Both the position numbers and the translations under genes were made by a program. From contig OX597815.1 of the NCBI GenBank assembly GCA_951406725.2, forward strand, positions 52,700,001-52,764,000: a DNA stretch of 64,000 bases. Reading direction: 5' to 3'. The notes under the pieces are model-generated. The model was not told where the DNA came from. It saw only the letters and a list, made by a program, of their open reading frames with translations, and searched no databases. Source of the stretch: Octopus vulgaris. Lineage: Eukaryota. Shown one piece after another: positions 1 through 15,008 of the stretch; positions within the stretch are counted from its first letter, which is position 1, and every line of letters starts with the position of its first letter.

Positions 1-1757
1 GACATTTGCTTTTGACTGACACCGCTTCTGTTCCTAAGCGCTGGCAGAACATTTTTGTGCACTTTCGCGTAGACTATCATCCGTTGACATGAGCGTGATG
101 AAAAGAATCATCATTGATTTAGCTGTGAATAAGCTGTATAACAATAAGTCTTCAGGGTCTGATGGAATCTGTGCATAGGTCCTGACAAAATGCTTGAACT
201 CTTCAATATATTAATTTGTTACTGTTGGAGAACCGAGCAAGTGCCTCAAAACTGGATTGATGCCATTTTAGTCTCCTTGTATGAATCGGGGCCAAAGTAT
301 TTGTGTAGAAATTCTTGTGGGATTTCGCTTTTGTCAGTAGTTGGGAAGGCACTTGCCTGCATTCTGTTAGAACGTTTAAATGCCTCCATAATGTCTGAGT
401 CTTAATGTGGTTTTCATTCCTTCACAGTTGGTTGTATCTTTAGTATCAGACAACTACAGGAAATGCACTTTGAACAGAATCTTGCTCTATACCATTGCTT
501 TGTTGATTTAAGCAAGGTATTCGATACTGCTAATCGAAATGCTCTTAGGGAACTCTTATATACTGACGATTGAGATCTAGTCAGTCACTCTGAAACGGGC
601 CTGCAATCTATTGTATTTGCATTTGACACAACTTGTTTTGATTTTGGCTTGACCATCAACTTGAAGAAAACAGTTGTAAAGCTTCAACCTGCACGTGTTG
701 CTGTTTGCAACCCACTTTAAATTTTTGTTAAAGGTAAGTTACTTGAGATTTTTGACTCTTTCATTTAGCTTGGAATCTCTGTACAAAATAATGGAAATCT
801 TGACATAGAAACACATTTGCGTATTCAAAGGGCAGCACAAGCATTTGGTGGTTTGGAGTCATGAAATTGGTGGTTTGGAGTCACGAAATTGGTGGTTTGG
901 AGCCAACGACATATAACTAATAACATCAAATTGGTTCTTTACGAACCGAAAGTCATTTCAAATTGTTAGAACAATTCCACTAAAAATACCTTCGCCGCAT
1001 TTCAAACATTAAATGGGGCATTTTTACTCCACAGATACCTTTGCGTCTGCAGGCATCACTTTAATGAAATCAATGATTCTGAAAAATAAAATGCGATTGT
1101 CTGGCTGTATTGTTTGAATGGTGGGTGAACACACACACAAACAGCTGTTTTATGGCGAGCTTGTAGAGTGGAAATGCAATCGGTGTAAACCTAGAAAAGA
1201 GGTTTAAGGACGGCATAAGGACTACAATCAAGTCACTTGGAATGGATCCAAAGGCCATAGAAGCTCTTGCTTCGGATCGAGCTGGATGGTGAACAAAAGT
1301 GTCGAGTGGAGTGAAATCGTTTGAGGAGGCCAGGATAACACATGCAACACTCAAGAGAGATTTAAAAGAGAACGTTGCGATCTAGAAGGTGAATATCAGT
1401 GACCTTTCTGTGTGCACAGCCTGTGACAGACCATGCCTGTCTTCTGCTGGGCTCAAATCTCATTTAAGGACCCATGAAAAACGAACTTCCACCAACTATT
1501 CTGCCTATATATCTGTACCCACTTATCAATGCCGTGTATGCCATAAGGTCTGCAATTGTAACGGAGGCCTCAAAAGACATTTTACGATCCACAAGATCAG
1601 AACTTAACTGCAGCTCTTAGTGGTCCAAATCGGACATGCAATCTATGTGAATATCTTTTCAATACAACGTCTGGTCTAAAAAGTCACATAAGATGCCATG
1701 ATGGATCTAAGGTGTAGGTACAACTATTGTGCATAAGGAGTAGACAACCACCATATA
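1..1757 (+). mobile_element. Degenerate RTE-clade LINE (RT remnant plus C-terminal C2H2 zinc fingers)
   Basis: Frameshifted RT motifs: VPQNWIDAILVSLY..GISLLSVVGKALACILLERL..SES*CGF, CFVDLSKVFDT, LLYTDD, FGLTINLKKTV. C-terminal CTACDRPCLSSAGLKSHLRTH-type fingers at 1389-1699. Confidence 0.85.
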
Positions 1758-1789
1758 TGTCTCTTCTATTTTTTAATTGTTATAAATCT

Positions 1790-4570
1790 TCCACTGAGGA
1801 GGAAACCAGTTTCCAACTACAAACATATTCAGATTTGGAACTTGAGAATAGACTTGCATATTTTTACTGTTTCACACACAGATTGCACTTGTAATGTACG
1901 AATTAGTCGGTCGATTTCTGTTTCTGAAAATCCCAGTTTATCCAGATTCTCACTTAAGCATTTACTAACAAAACCTAGTGTTCCAATTATAATGGTTATG
2001 AATATGAATTCATTGTTTAGATATAGAAGTTGGGGATTTCGAAGCAGTTGTCCATAGAATTTTTTTTTCTTTGATTTTCAAGGAGATATTTATATATGCA
2101 GGGCAGCTGAACTTTATGATGGTACATACGTGTGCCCCTCTGACCCAAATAACAATATACGGCCTGTTTACATTTGACAAAAAATTTCATAGATATATTC
2201 CACCAGTATTCCTTGAGTTGGAGTTTATGAATGTATGAATGATTTTCTAAGTTTATTTCAGGTCAGTCTTTTTGCGGATGGCATTGTAAATTGTTTTAGC
2301 GACAACATCATGCTGCATTGGGAGGTAGTACCGCGACGACATTTTAGGACAGATGCTAATCACATGCGTGATGTCTTCCACAGAAATATGACACTTGCAG
2401 TTGCACCTTGGGATTACAAGAGAGTCACAGTCTCTTTTGTTCACCAGGTGCTTTGTGGCAATCTTCTGTTCCTGGATTTCAAACGTATAGCCTTTAAAGT
2501 GTGATGTGATGTAGTGGTCTTGTGTCCAAGACAGGCTGCGCTTCGCGTCAGTTCTACTATCTTCTTCAAGCTTCCAGGCAACATACCATGCATAGTCTTT
2601 CTTTTGTATGCTGAGTGCTCTCCATCCAGGTCTTCTCTGAGGTAATAGAGCCCAGTTGTTTTTGGGGCAGTATAGGAGATCATCTTCTTGACGAGCTCAC
2701 TGCCAACTCGTACAATGTTGCGCTCTTCACTTTTCAGCACTGCATTTATATATTTATTTTTGCTGTTGTTGTTCAGTAGGTGCTACCCGAGTGATACCAT
2801 ACAGCATCTGAAGCCCGTCTGCACTAATCTCAGGCCACTACCTCCTTCATTTTTTCTTAGGTAGAGCCTGTCAACATCACTGTTTCTGTGAATCTCCCCA
2901 GTTGATTTGAGTGGATTTCCTCTACAGACCAATCAAGTATCCCAAATATTGGGATCAGCACTGGTACTGAAAATGCATTGTGAGATATTGTTTTCTTTTA
3001 AGAGGAGAGTTCCGATTGCCATATTTTCTTAAGTCTTGTGCAGTACTCTCGGGGTCACTCTATCTTTATTCACAGTGCCTTCATATGATACATTTTCATC
3101 AATGCCAAGATACTTGTAACATTCTTTGTGTGGAATGAGGGAGATAGAGAGATCTTTCATGCACAGGTTTTGGATTTTGGGCACTGACTTTCCTCGTTCT
3201 ATAACCAAATTGGAACATTTCTTTTGGCCAAATTCCATGCCTATATCAGTTGAAAATGTTGTTATTAATTCCAGTTGTTTCTTGGTATTAACTCTTTTAG
3301 CATAAATCTTCAGGTCGTTTACAAAGGAATTATGAGTTACATTGATATTTCTGGCAGTTGAAAATCCTAGCGTGTAACCATTTATTCTCTGCAGTAGGAA
3401 CGATAATAGGCTCAGTGCTAAAATGAAAAGAAGTACAGAGATATTTCCTTTGAGATGCTTATACTATCTGAAACAATTATTCTGTTCTCAGTTGTAAGGG
3501 TGAGAACTGTTGACCATGTCTTTGTGAGTCCCTCTATAGCAGCAATTAGGGTGGTAGGTACTTTTGCGAGGCATAGGCACCTCAAAAACCTTGAAAGGGG
3601 GATAAAGTCGAATATAATCAAGCCATACTATCACAAGGTTTCTACGCTAGCTTTATTTATTAAAAGTTGTTCGGTACATTCCCACACTCCCTTCTTCCCA
3701 CCAACCTGTTCATTAGTCACAATGATATTCGACTCACAATGGTTCTGGAGGAATTGGTTGAGGCTACTTGTGTACAGTTTGTGCATAAAGTTTTGGCAAG
3801 CAATGGGCCTGTACTCTCCTGCCATCTCGGTTATTTCATTTTTGGCAACAAGATTTGTTCTTGCTGTACCAAGCCAATTTAGTATATCAGTTTGACCTTC
3901 CATAGTCCTTTTAAACATACATATCAACTGGTTTCTATAAAATATTAGCTTCTTGTACCAATATCCAACTATAAGGTTCCTTCCAGGTGCCTTTCTATTC
4001 TTCAGTTTGCCTACTGCTATAGCGAAGGTTTCTGCACCAATTTTGTATGTTTTACTGTTAGTGTTGGTAGAGTATTCTTTCTCAGTTGTATTTAACCATG
4101 ATGCATTCAGGTTGAAATCCCTCTTTTCGTTCCAAATTTTCACGAGAATGATTGCAGATCTTCTTGGATCTTTCTTAATAGTAATGTTTTCCGTCCCCAT
4201 CTCTCTGTATGATATTTGTGGGTTGGAAGCAAACTTGCGATTGATACTGGCTCGTTCAAAAATTTGCATGCGATAAAGTTTCGATAATTTTTGTCTAAGG
4301 TAGAGTTGGTGAGGTGTAAACTCATTTTTCTCCTTACATTTTATTGTTGTAGTTAACCATCCAATATGGCGGCGCAATTTGTTCTTCAAATTTTGTTTTT
4401 CATCTAGGTTTAGTAATTTCCGTTTAGTAATTTCGTTACTTTATTTACTGTAGATTTCTCCGAGTTGTTCTTCAAGAGTAATAACTGCTGTGTATATAAG
4501 AATATTTATATTCCAATAATTAACTTCACATGATTCCATGTGCACTCCAGCGACATCGTTCTTAGCTTTA
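1790..4570 (-). mobile_element. Degenerate R4/Dong-type REL non-LTR retrotransposon
   Basis: ORF pieces KAPGRNLIVGYWYKKL, YRPIACQNFMHKLYT, EQVGGKKG..CTEQLLINK, MEFGQKKC..YKYLGI, and the zinc knuckle CKCHISVEDITHVISIC. Many stops and frameshifts; boundaries approximate. Confidence 0.8.
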
Positions 4571-4592
4571 AACATTAGATCGGTCGGATTTT

Positions 4593-4686
4593 ATGTATGT
4601 ATGTATGTATGTATGTATGTATGTATGTATGTATGTATGTATGTATGTATGTATGCATGTATGTATGCATGCATGCATGCATGTAT
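4593..4686. repeat. (TATG)n microsatellite
   Basis: Directly visible tetranucleotide array. Confidence 0.95.
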
Positions 4687-5126
4687 GAGAGATATATAAC
4701 AATTACCAATTCAAGAATTAAAATTTATAATCTATTTGCATAATATAACATAGTATAATAAATAATAAATATTAGATATAAATTACATTCAAATGTTTCG
4801 CTTCTTGCCCATAATAAAATCATAGAAGTCCATTGTCTGAGGGTAAGAGTCTTCTCAGTGTAATCTTTTTATATTTGCGGATTCACAGATCCAAGAAAAA
4901 CTGAATTTAAATATACTTGTTTACAAGCGTGAGCGTCAATAATTAAAATCAAAAACAACGGTAAAAATAAAAAATAAATTAATATAACGGTCATAAAATA
5001 TATTTGTATACTATTAGGTATTTTAATCTAAATAAATCTTAGTGTATATGTGTGTGTGTGGGTATTGTGTGTGCGACTGTGTGTATGTGAGTGACTGTGT
5101 GTGTATGTGTGTGTATACACACAATA

Positions 5127-5740
5127 CAGTGTAAATTAATCCGGATAGTGATGAAATAATAGAATTATTTATCAAACTGATATTTATTCTGAAAACAAAT
5201 GGTAATTATATGCACGATGATACATTTAATATGAAATATGATCACCCTTTGCATGTATAAGCGTTTTCACACGGTTTGGCATAGAATTCACCAATGTTGG
5301 ATAATTTTTTCAGTTCTTTTTTATGGTACCAAGCTTTAATAACTGTATTGTTGAACAGGCGTCTCTTTCGATTCTGCGTTTGATTATAGCCCATAGATTT
5401 TCACTGGTGTTGATGCCAGAAAAATTTCCAGGCCAATCGAAGACGCTTGTTTTACTTTTTCTTAAGAATGTTCACATTTTTCTGAAAGTATGACACACAG
5501 CGAGATCCTGCTGGAGAATGCTGTCTCCATTAGGAAAATTCCTTTTCATCACGGGAAGCAAGTGAGTCTGTCGGATCACCTTGTATTTATCGCTAATCAT
5601 CATTCCCTCGACATTAATAAGCTGTTCTGGGCCTTCAGCCTTAAAATACCTTAAGTACCCACCAACAAAATACCTTAAGTGCCTGTTTTGGCGCTTGCTG
5701 AATATGTCCTGGCCGATGAGTCTTCCTGTTCAGGTGATTG
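5127..5740 (-). mobile_element. Tc1/mariner transposase remnant (C-terminal DDE part) with a TA-CAGTG terminus
   Basis: Minus strand reads QQDLAVCHT...DWPGNFSGINTSENLWAIIKRRI, a decayed QQD.APCH / WPGNSPDLNPIENLW. Terminus tacagtg at 5125. Confidence 0.7.
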
Positions 5741-5744
5741 GCCT

Positions 5745-6330
5745 ACGGCTATGCTAGGGTACCACCTAGAAGAGTTTTAAGTCGAACGAATTGCACTGCA
5801 GTACATACTTTATTTAACTCTTCCACTTATTCTATCAATCTCTTTTGCTGAATCGTTAAATTACTTAGATGTAACCAAACCAACACCGGTTGACATGTTG
5901 TGGTGGGCGGAGAAATGAAAACGCAGACACACACATAAAATACACGCACATGCGCGCACGCATACACACACACATACACACACACTGCGGCCACTGGGGC
6001 ATCACCTTGAAGAACTTTTAGTCGAATGAATCGACTCCAGTATCTTTTTTAAAGCCTGGTACTTATTCCATCGGTCTGTTTTACCGAACCGCTAAGTTAC
6101 AGGAGCGTAAACGCATCAATACTGGTTGTCAAGCAGTGATATGGGACGAACACAAATACAAAGGCACCTCCACACATATATAAATACGACAGGCTTCTTT
6201 CAGGTTCCGTCTATCAAATCCACTTAGAATTCTTTGGTCGGCCTGAATCTATTGTAAAAGTGAGACTGAACCCAGAACCATGTGGTTAGGAAGCAAGCTT
6301 CTTACCACAATGCCACACCTGCACCTATGT
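5745..6330. mobile_element. Cluster of high-copy SINE-like repeat fragments (gaaccgctaagttac family)
   Basis: The motif ttttagtcgaa..tcgac..cagtac..cttattc.atcggtc..gaaccgctaagttac recurs at 32955-33092 and 43260-43590. Confidence 0.65.
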
Positions 6331-6420
6331 ATATATACATATTTGTGTATGTATATAATACACACATGCACACACACACACGCGCGCACACACACATTAT
6401 ATAAAAATATATATATATAT

Positions 6421-6737
6421 AATAATAAATATTAGGGAATAAATCCAAACTTACAGGGAAAAATCAGATTTAGGATTGAATCCAATTTTATAGTAAAATA
6501 TTATATTAAATTAAATTAGAGACAAAACCACTATTAGGCAAATCATACAATGAAAAACTTAAGCCAATACATAAGATTATTTAATTTATATTATTTAAAT
6601 ATATAACAAAATTAATTATATTTTTTTAATAATTTTGTTATATATTTAAATAATATAAATTAAATAATCTTATGTATTGGCTTAAGTTTTTCATTGTATG
6701 ATTTGCCTAATAGTGGTTTTGTCTCTAATTTAATATA

Positions 6738-6740
<3 letters not shown>
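6421..6740. mobile_element. (TA)n-embedded element end with a fold-back inverted duplication (probable PLE terminus)
   Basis: Arms 6510-6614 and 6630-6733 are reverse complements with a 15-nt spacer. The unpaired 6421-6500 segment recurs at 14915-15008. Both sides are (TA)n. Confidence 0.7.
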
Positions 6741-6781
<41 letters not shown>

Positions 6782-6790
6782 AATATAAAT

Positions 6791-6831
<41 letters not shown>

Positions 6832-6840
6832 AATATAAAT

Positions 6841-6892
<52 letters not shown>

Positions 6893-7961
6893 ATTTATAC
6901 ATATTTGTTGACATTTTCATCAGCCACATTTCACATACAAGGCTGACTCGAGGGTGCGATCCTTATCTAATTGAAACTATTCTGTAAAGATGCTCTGAGT
7001 CAGCAGAAATGGTAGAAGCTTTGAACAGAATTCTACTCTTTGATTATTAGTATTTAAATTTCATTCTGTTTTACATTCGAAAATCAAATTGTTCTGGGAC
7101 TGAGGTTGCTGTTTATCCCTCTGGACTTAGTAAATCTAACATTAGTTTAGTGAAGATGGATTCAATAATCTATATTACAGCTGACACAATATTGTATTTT
7201 TCATTCTTCCATAGATTGTTAAAGCAGCCAGTGTCAGTAACAGTGAGAGGGGGGTTAAAAGAGCAGAGGAGAGAAAAAAAGAGAGAGAAGTGGGGAGCAC
7301 CACATTCTATAAAAGTAAAAGTTGTCAGATAAATCACTTATATTAGTTTGAACAAGAAACAGCAGCAGGTGATAAATTGTTTGATAGAGTAGAAAGTGAG
7401 ACAGCTTGTCTAAATAGACAGTACTTGTTAATTTACTAATTTCATCACCCATGCGCAAGCAGACCTACACCCGTCAACGTCAATAGCCGCTGTAAGGAAA
7501 TGTCATGCGGGTCACGGGGATGGGGAGAGAACCAGTACTCAGTAGCTGAATCAGGTACAAATAGTAGCCAAATCTCCCTCATTTTATTCTATTGTTTTCA
7601 AAGGAAAAACTAAAAGAAAAACAGAAAAAGAACGGAATACTTTGAATAAAATTGTTCTAATGAGCAAACCATAAAAAATCCAGATTGTCGCAGTTTCAAT
7701 GCTTTGGGCCATTGGTCTGTTTAATGATCTGCTAAACAAGAACAAGAACAACAACATTCAAACCTATGTATTTGTTCAATGTAATATATATATTGAAACA
7801 TATAGAAACATTCTGAGTGTTGAGATAAACCCTTTCCGCACCATCTGTAAAGAAAGAACATTTGTGCACAAGTTCTAAACGTGATTCGAAACACATACTA
7901 CACGCCAAGGTAAGAGCACGCGCGAGCGTGTATGTGCATGAGTACTTGTACGTGTGTATGT

Positions 7962-8010
<49 letters not shown>

Positions 8011-8228
8011 AGAGAGAGAGAGAGAGAGGGGGGGAGGGCGTGTGTTTGTGTTTTCTTTGGAAATTCCTGCTTCCGACGAAGAGCTATGCTCAAAATGTTA
8101 ACAACAACACTTTCCCTTCACCGAGCGTCTAATTAATCTATTTCTTGTGCACGTCCTGACGTTAGTTTCTTTCTTTTTTCTCTGTTTAAACACACTAATC
8201 GATTTACACTTATTAGTACAAAATATTC

Positions 8229-8269
<41 letters not shown>

Positions 8270-8579
8270 TTGCGACAGTGCATATCCTAGTAGTTAGGAT
8301 GTTGCACTCACAATTGCGAGTTCGTGGTTTCAATTTCGTAGAGCAAAGTACTCCATCTTGCGTTACTCTGCGATCACTACGACGTGCTGTATTCCGAGCA
8401 CCTGATCAGGCAAAGTAGATTTGATGGAGGGAGTGAGATAATATACATTTGATCACTATAAACAAATCATTCGTGCAGGTTGTTTGGCAAAAACTGAACA
8501 CTCATGCACAGTTTTCGACGGGAGAGTCCTTCATATACATACATACATACATGCATGCATACATACATACATACATACA

Positions 8580-8613
<34 letters not shown>

Positions 8614-8618
8614 CATAT

Positions 8619-8681
<63 letters not shown>

Positions 8682-8730
8682 TATTTATTCATTATGGACC
8701 CTTCTGCCGAATATGACGTATGAGTGTTCT

Positions 8731-8782
8731 GTCATTACTGATGATGCCTACAAAATAGGCGAAACTAGTCTTGTCTAGTGAT
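8731..8782 (+). ncRNA. Type I hammerhead ribozyme motif (PLE-type) in a short insert between TA arrays
   Basis: gtcatta-CTGATGA-t-gccta caaaa taggc-GAAAC-tagtctt-GTC-tagtgat: 7-bp stem I, 5-bp stem II, intact core, GUC cleavage triplet. Confidence 0.7.
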
Positions 8783-10078
8783 TCTAGAGACGGTCATTAT
8801 ATATATGTCAGTGTATATATGTTGCGCTCTTACAGAATTAAGAGTTGCCAACTCTTATTTCTAGCAACGTAGGTGCTTCGGCACACTCAGTCGCATTTAG
8901 TGAGGATTACATTTTTCCTTTACAGTACTATATTGCATCTAGCTGTTTATATTAATTTTATACACGCACACATTTATATATACATACAACACACACACAT
9001 ATTTGACCAGGTGTACAATTTGTCAAATTACGTGATCACTAAGCCTATTAGTGTGGATATAGCATATTTTTTTGCAAGCGTGTGATAGAGTATTGATGTC
9101 TTTTTTTCTCTTGTTAAGTAACAGAACTATTCTAACAGTCTTGTAATGCAATTTTTAACTCGAGCTAAAACGGGGAAGTGGGATGGGTGTTGGTTAGAGA
9201 ATTCATGTCTAAAAAATATAGTTGTTACGAAGCATTTGCATATATGTCCTTACATGTATGAAAAAGATTAATTTTCTTTTTTTTTTTCTTTTCTCTATTC
9301 CTGCGTCTACAAATCTGAATCTCTGATTTAATCTCCCTCTTAACGATATTCACATCTGAACACGCTATTTTGTTTTTAGTGTGTGCATCACACGTGCGTG
9401 TGCACATAAACATTGCGGCATACATATTGAAACATACATCTGCTTTTATTGATCGATAGCAGATCGATAATATTGAAGAGCACTAAATGCACCGAAATCA
9501 TTGGAAACATAAACAGCCAGAAACTAAGGGATTCTTGGTCTACCATGACAATTCACAGGAAATAGAAGATATGTTCAGTTACCTGGGTAATGCAATGGGT
9601 ACTTAAAGTGTAGCCAGTTATAGGTAATCTATTGTTGTGAATGCAAAGCAACTGGTGAAAAATTTTGACTATCATTACATTGACGGAAGAATTTTGTCTG
9701 AGTATAAAAGTAGGTTATATAAACCATGTATTATATAAATGCGATACTGCTTGACTGTAAGATATAAAGCATGAAAGCAAAAGTTCTACAGTTCCTGGGG
9801 CGGAATATGTTGAATACTATCTAATGGATGTGCAACCTGAAACTGAGAAATAGTTGCGTGTATGCTAGTTGCAAAAAAGAGCCAAGTAATAACCACGTTT
9901 AAGGTTGTATTCAAGACATAAATTCTCGCAATTGGTCCCCTCTTTCTCTTTCTCTTCCTCACACACATACTCACGCATACACATTCACATTACATTACAC
10001 TCACACACACACACATACATACATACATATATACATATATACATACTTACATACACACATACATATGCATACATATAA

Positions 10079-11674
<1,596 letters not shown>

Positions 11675-11828
11675 AATATATATATATATATGCATATATA
11701 TACGCACGTACACACATGTTTAGAAGCATACATGCATATAAATATCATATTTATAAATATATACAAATGAAAGGATTCCTAACATATATATGTGTGCATA
11801 CATATATATGTATATATGCATGTATGGC

Positions 11829-11930
11829 ATTCAGTTTATTTCAAGATTTCTTGCCAATAGAGGAAGAACCGGTTTCTAACCTAGATCCAAGGTTCCTTCA
11901 TCGGAATTTCAACATCAACAGCAAGTTATT
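11829..11930. repeat. ~100 bp dispersed repeat inserted in (TATG)n, copy 1
   Basis: ttcagtttatttcaagatttcttgccaatagag..ctagatccaagg..ggaatttcaacatca matches 14395-14492. Confidence 0.8.
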
Positions 11931-11984
11931 TTTGTATGTATGTATGTATGTATGTATGTATGTATGTATGTATGTATGTATGCG

Positions 11985-12339
11985 TGGAGGCGCAATGGCC
12001 CAGTGGTTAGGGAAGTGAACTCGCGGTTTCGATTCCTCAATTCCCAGACCGGACGTTGCGAGTATTTATTCTAAAGCTCCATGAGGCTCCGGTAGAGGGG
12101 GTGAATCATACTATACTCTTTCAGCACAACTTTCTCTCACTCTTTCTTCCTGTTTCTGTTGTCCCTGTATTTCAAAGGACCAGCCTTGTCACACACTGTG
12201 TCACGCTGAATCTCCCCGAGAAGTACGTTAAGAGTACACGTGTCTGTGGAGTGCTCAGCCAATTGCACGTTAAATTCATGAGCAGGCTGTTCCTTTGATC
12301 GGAACCTTCGTCGTCGTGACCGACGGAGTGCCACCACGA
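11985..12339 (+). mobile_element. tRNA-derived SINE in a (TATG)n array
   Basis: A-box-like tggcccagtggttagg and B-box-like ggtttcgattcc; the body ends gtgaccgacggagtgccacc before TATG repeats resume. Confidence 0.75.
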
Positions 12340-12581
12340 TGTATGTATGTGCAGATCTGTATGTTTTATGTTTGCATTCTCATGCATATAGTTACATATC
12401 TAGACATGCTCATATATACTTAAATGATAAACTTCTGGAAAGTTTTACATATGTTTACGGTTCATGTATGTATGTATGTATGTATGTATGTATGTATGTA
12501 TGTATGTATGTATGTATGTATGTATGTATGTTAGTACGTACGTACGTATGTATTTACGAACGTATGTATGTACGCACGTAC

Positions 12582-12612
<31 letters not shown>

Positions 12613-12659
12613 TGCATGTATGTATGTATGTACGTACGTATGTATGTATGTATATATTT

Positions 12660-13236
12660 AGGGAGCCAATGATAGGTCTTTGTTGCGTAGTATCATTCAC
12701 TGTTTCATCCACAACTGACTCATGGTTCAAAGAACTGTTCAGTCCAGCGATCTGGGGTGTGTTGGTTTAGTAAACAGAGTAGAAGACCCCTTGGAAAGCA
12801 AAGTAGCTGATGCAGAGCTCTTAGGCCCATAAACTATTATTCTTCTTACTCGTCTGAATGGGTGTCTCGTAAATGATATGCTATCTGAATCTCAATGTGG
12901 TATCCGGTCTGGTAGAGTGACAATGGATACGATTTTCACAGCAAGTCAGATGCAAGAGAAGTGATATGAGCAAAATATGGATCTTGTCCAGTTATTCGTT
13001 GATTTAACCATAGCCTATGATACTGTGAACAGGGCGTTGCTATGGAAAATATTTGGCAAACTTAGCTCTCTGGGAATAAACGTCAGGTATCGATCTTCTG
13101 ACCGCCTCTTTAATCTGCGTCGATTTTCTGTCAATTCCAAAGTTTTCCAGTCTCTTATTCGTGACCTCCTTTATGCAGATGACTGTGACTTAATCACCCA
13201 TACAGTGGATGACATGCAAATACTTATGAATTGTAT
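12660..13236 (+). mobile_element. Internally deleted RTE LINE fragment
   Basis: LSESQCG..., LFVDLTIAYDTVNRALLWKIF, GINVRYRSSDRLFNLRRF..IRDLLYADDCDL. Confidence 0.8.
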
Positions 13237-13794
13237 GCAAACAACATGAAATACGTAAACAACGAGGGAAAAAATGGAAAACAGGAAAATAAACACCGAG
13301 AAAGGCCCTTCATCACTTGTCGGCTTTCTATCTACTCCTCATTTCGAGCATTCAACGATAATATGAGACTTCAAAGACAGTTTAGGATTTATGGAGGGTC
13401 GAAGTTGGGAACAAAAACAGGACAGTGGAGACATACAAGGAAACCGGACGAAAACAAACATGGAGGGTCGTTAGACCAGAACGAACGGAAAATAGTGAAC
13501 TTTGAAAAGAGATAAGATAGAAGAAAGAGAAAAAGTACGTCCGTTCAGGAAAAAAGATGGTCATGTGAGGAAAAGAAAGATGGACGATGGCCACGTGTGA
13601 GCAACTAAAGAGAAAGAAATAAGAAAGAGGGGAGAGAAAGAGAGAGAGAGAGAGAGACAGATAGAAGATGGCGAAAGAGGGAGGGGAGAAAAGGGTGATT
13701 AGAGAAGGATGGAGGAAGAAAACGATATAGAGTAGAGTCGCATCAAAAAGGTGAAGATAAACTTACTTGGAAATGGATGTGTGGCGTTCAATTA

Positions 13795-13843
<49 letters not shown>

Positions 13844-13950
13844 TATATATATATATATATATATATGCATATATGGGTACAGGACGTCACCAACTGTGCA
13901 AACAACATGAAATACGTAAACAACGACAGAAAAAAATGGAAAACAGGATG
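13237..13950. repeat. Two fragments of one microsatellite-associated repeat family
   Basis: gcaaacaacatgaaatacgtaaacaacga..aaaaaatggaaaacagga occurs at ~13237 and ~13898, separated by (AAT)n/(TA)n. Confidence 0.6.
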
Positions 13951-14394
13951 CAGAAGTTTCAAAAATTAAACAGAAAATTTTCGAATCTTATTTAACGTAA
14001 AACCACGCACGTATCTTTGTAGCTCTATTTAGCAGGAATTTTTTGTGAAACGTCTCTTTCTTTTTCTCTTTTCTCTTTCCTGTTCTTCTGCTCACCACCA
14101 CTTTTTCTCTCCCTTTCCCCGCCGCCCACGAACATGTGACCATTCCTTTCACGACTTCTTTTCGCTTGACCGCTGACTTGTTCAGTTATGCTTCTCCTGG
14201 ACTCTCCCGTTCGGTATGTGCTGCATTGGGTTCGTTTTTTTTCACCTTTTGCTCTGTCCTTAAACTTTCCAGTCCAATTGTACATCTTGCATTGCATTAC
14301 TCATGTCTTATATTATCTTAGAGTCCTACAGTCTTTATTATATTTGAATACACACACATACACATACACACTCATGTATGTATGTATGCCATTG

Positions 14395-14492
14395 TTCAGT
14401 TTTATTTCAAGAATTTTTGCTTATAGAGAAAGAGCCGGTATCAAATCTAGATTCAAGTCTCCTTCATTGGAATTTCAACATCAGCAACAGGG
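14395..14492. repeat. ~100 bp dispersed repeat inserted in (TATG)n, copy 2
   Basis: Homologous to 11829-11930; again flanked by TATG arrays. Confidence 0.8.
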
Positions 14493-14856
14493 TATGTATG
14501 TATGTATGTATGTATGTATGTATGTATGTATGTATGTATGTATGTATGTATGTATGTATGCATGTATGCATGTATGTATGTATGCATGTATGCATGTATG
14601 TATGTATGTATGTATGTATGTATGTATGCATGTATGCATGAATATTTAATAACAGTAACTAAATTTACAATGCTGTTAAAGAGATGTTCGTAGCTGGTGT
14701 GAAGTGAATTAAAAACAAATTTAAAACATCTAGATATTTAGATTTCGATTGGTCAGTATTTTTCACCGGATTGGCTTTACCATCACTTAGAAGGCCACTT
14801 AGTCAGCATTTTTCAAGGTGATACATTCAGCAATATGATATCGCTGAATATATGTG

Positions 14857-14914
<58 letters not shown>

Positions 14915-14919
<5 letters not shown>

Positions 14920-15008
14920 ATAATAAATATTAGGGAATGAATCCAAAATTACAGGGAAAAATCAGATTTAGGGTTAAATCCAATTTTATAGTAAAATATT
15001 ATATAATA
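14915..15008. repeat. Second copy of the 6421 element terminus next to (TA)n
   Basis: aataataaatattagggaat.aatccaaa.ttacagggaaaaatcagatttagg..aatccaattttatagtaaaatattatat is shared with 6421-6506. Confidence 0.85.

Noticed and set aside
846-905. 22-bp tandem repeat
   Set aside because: Trivial local slippage inside the dead RTE copy.
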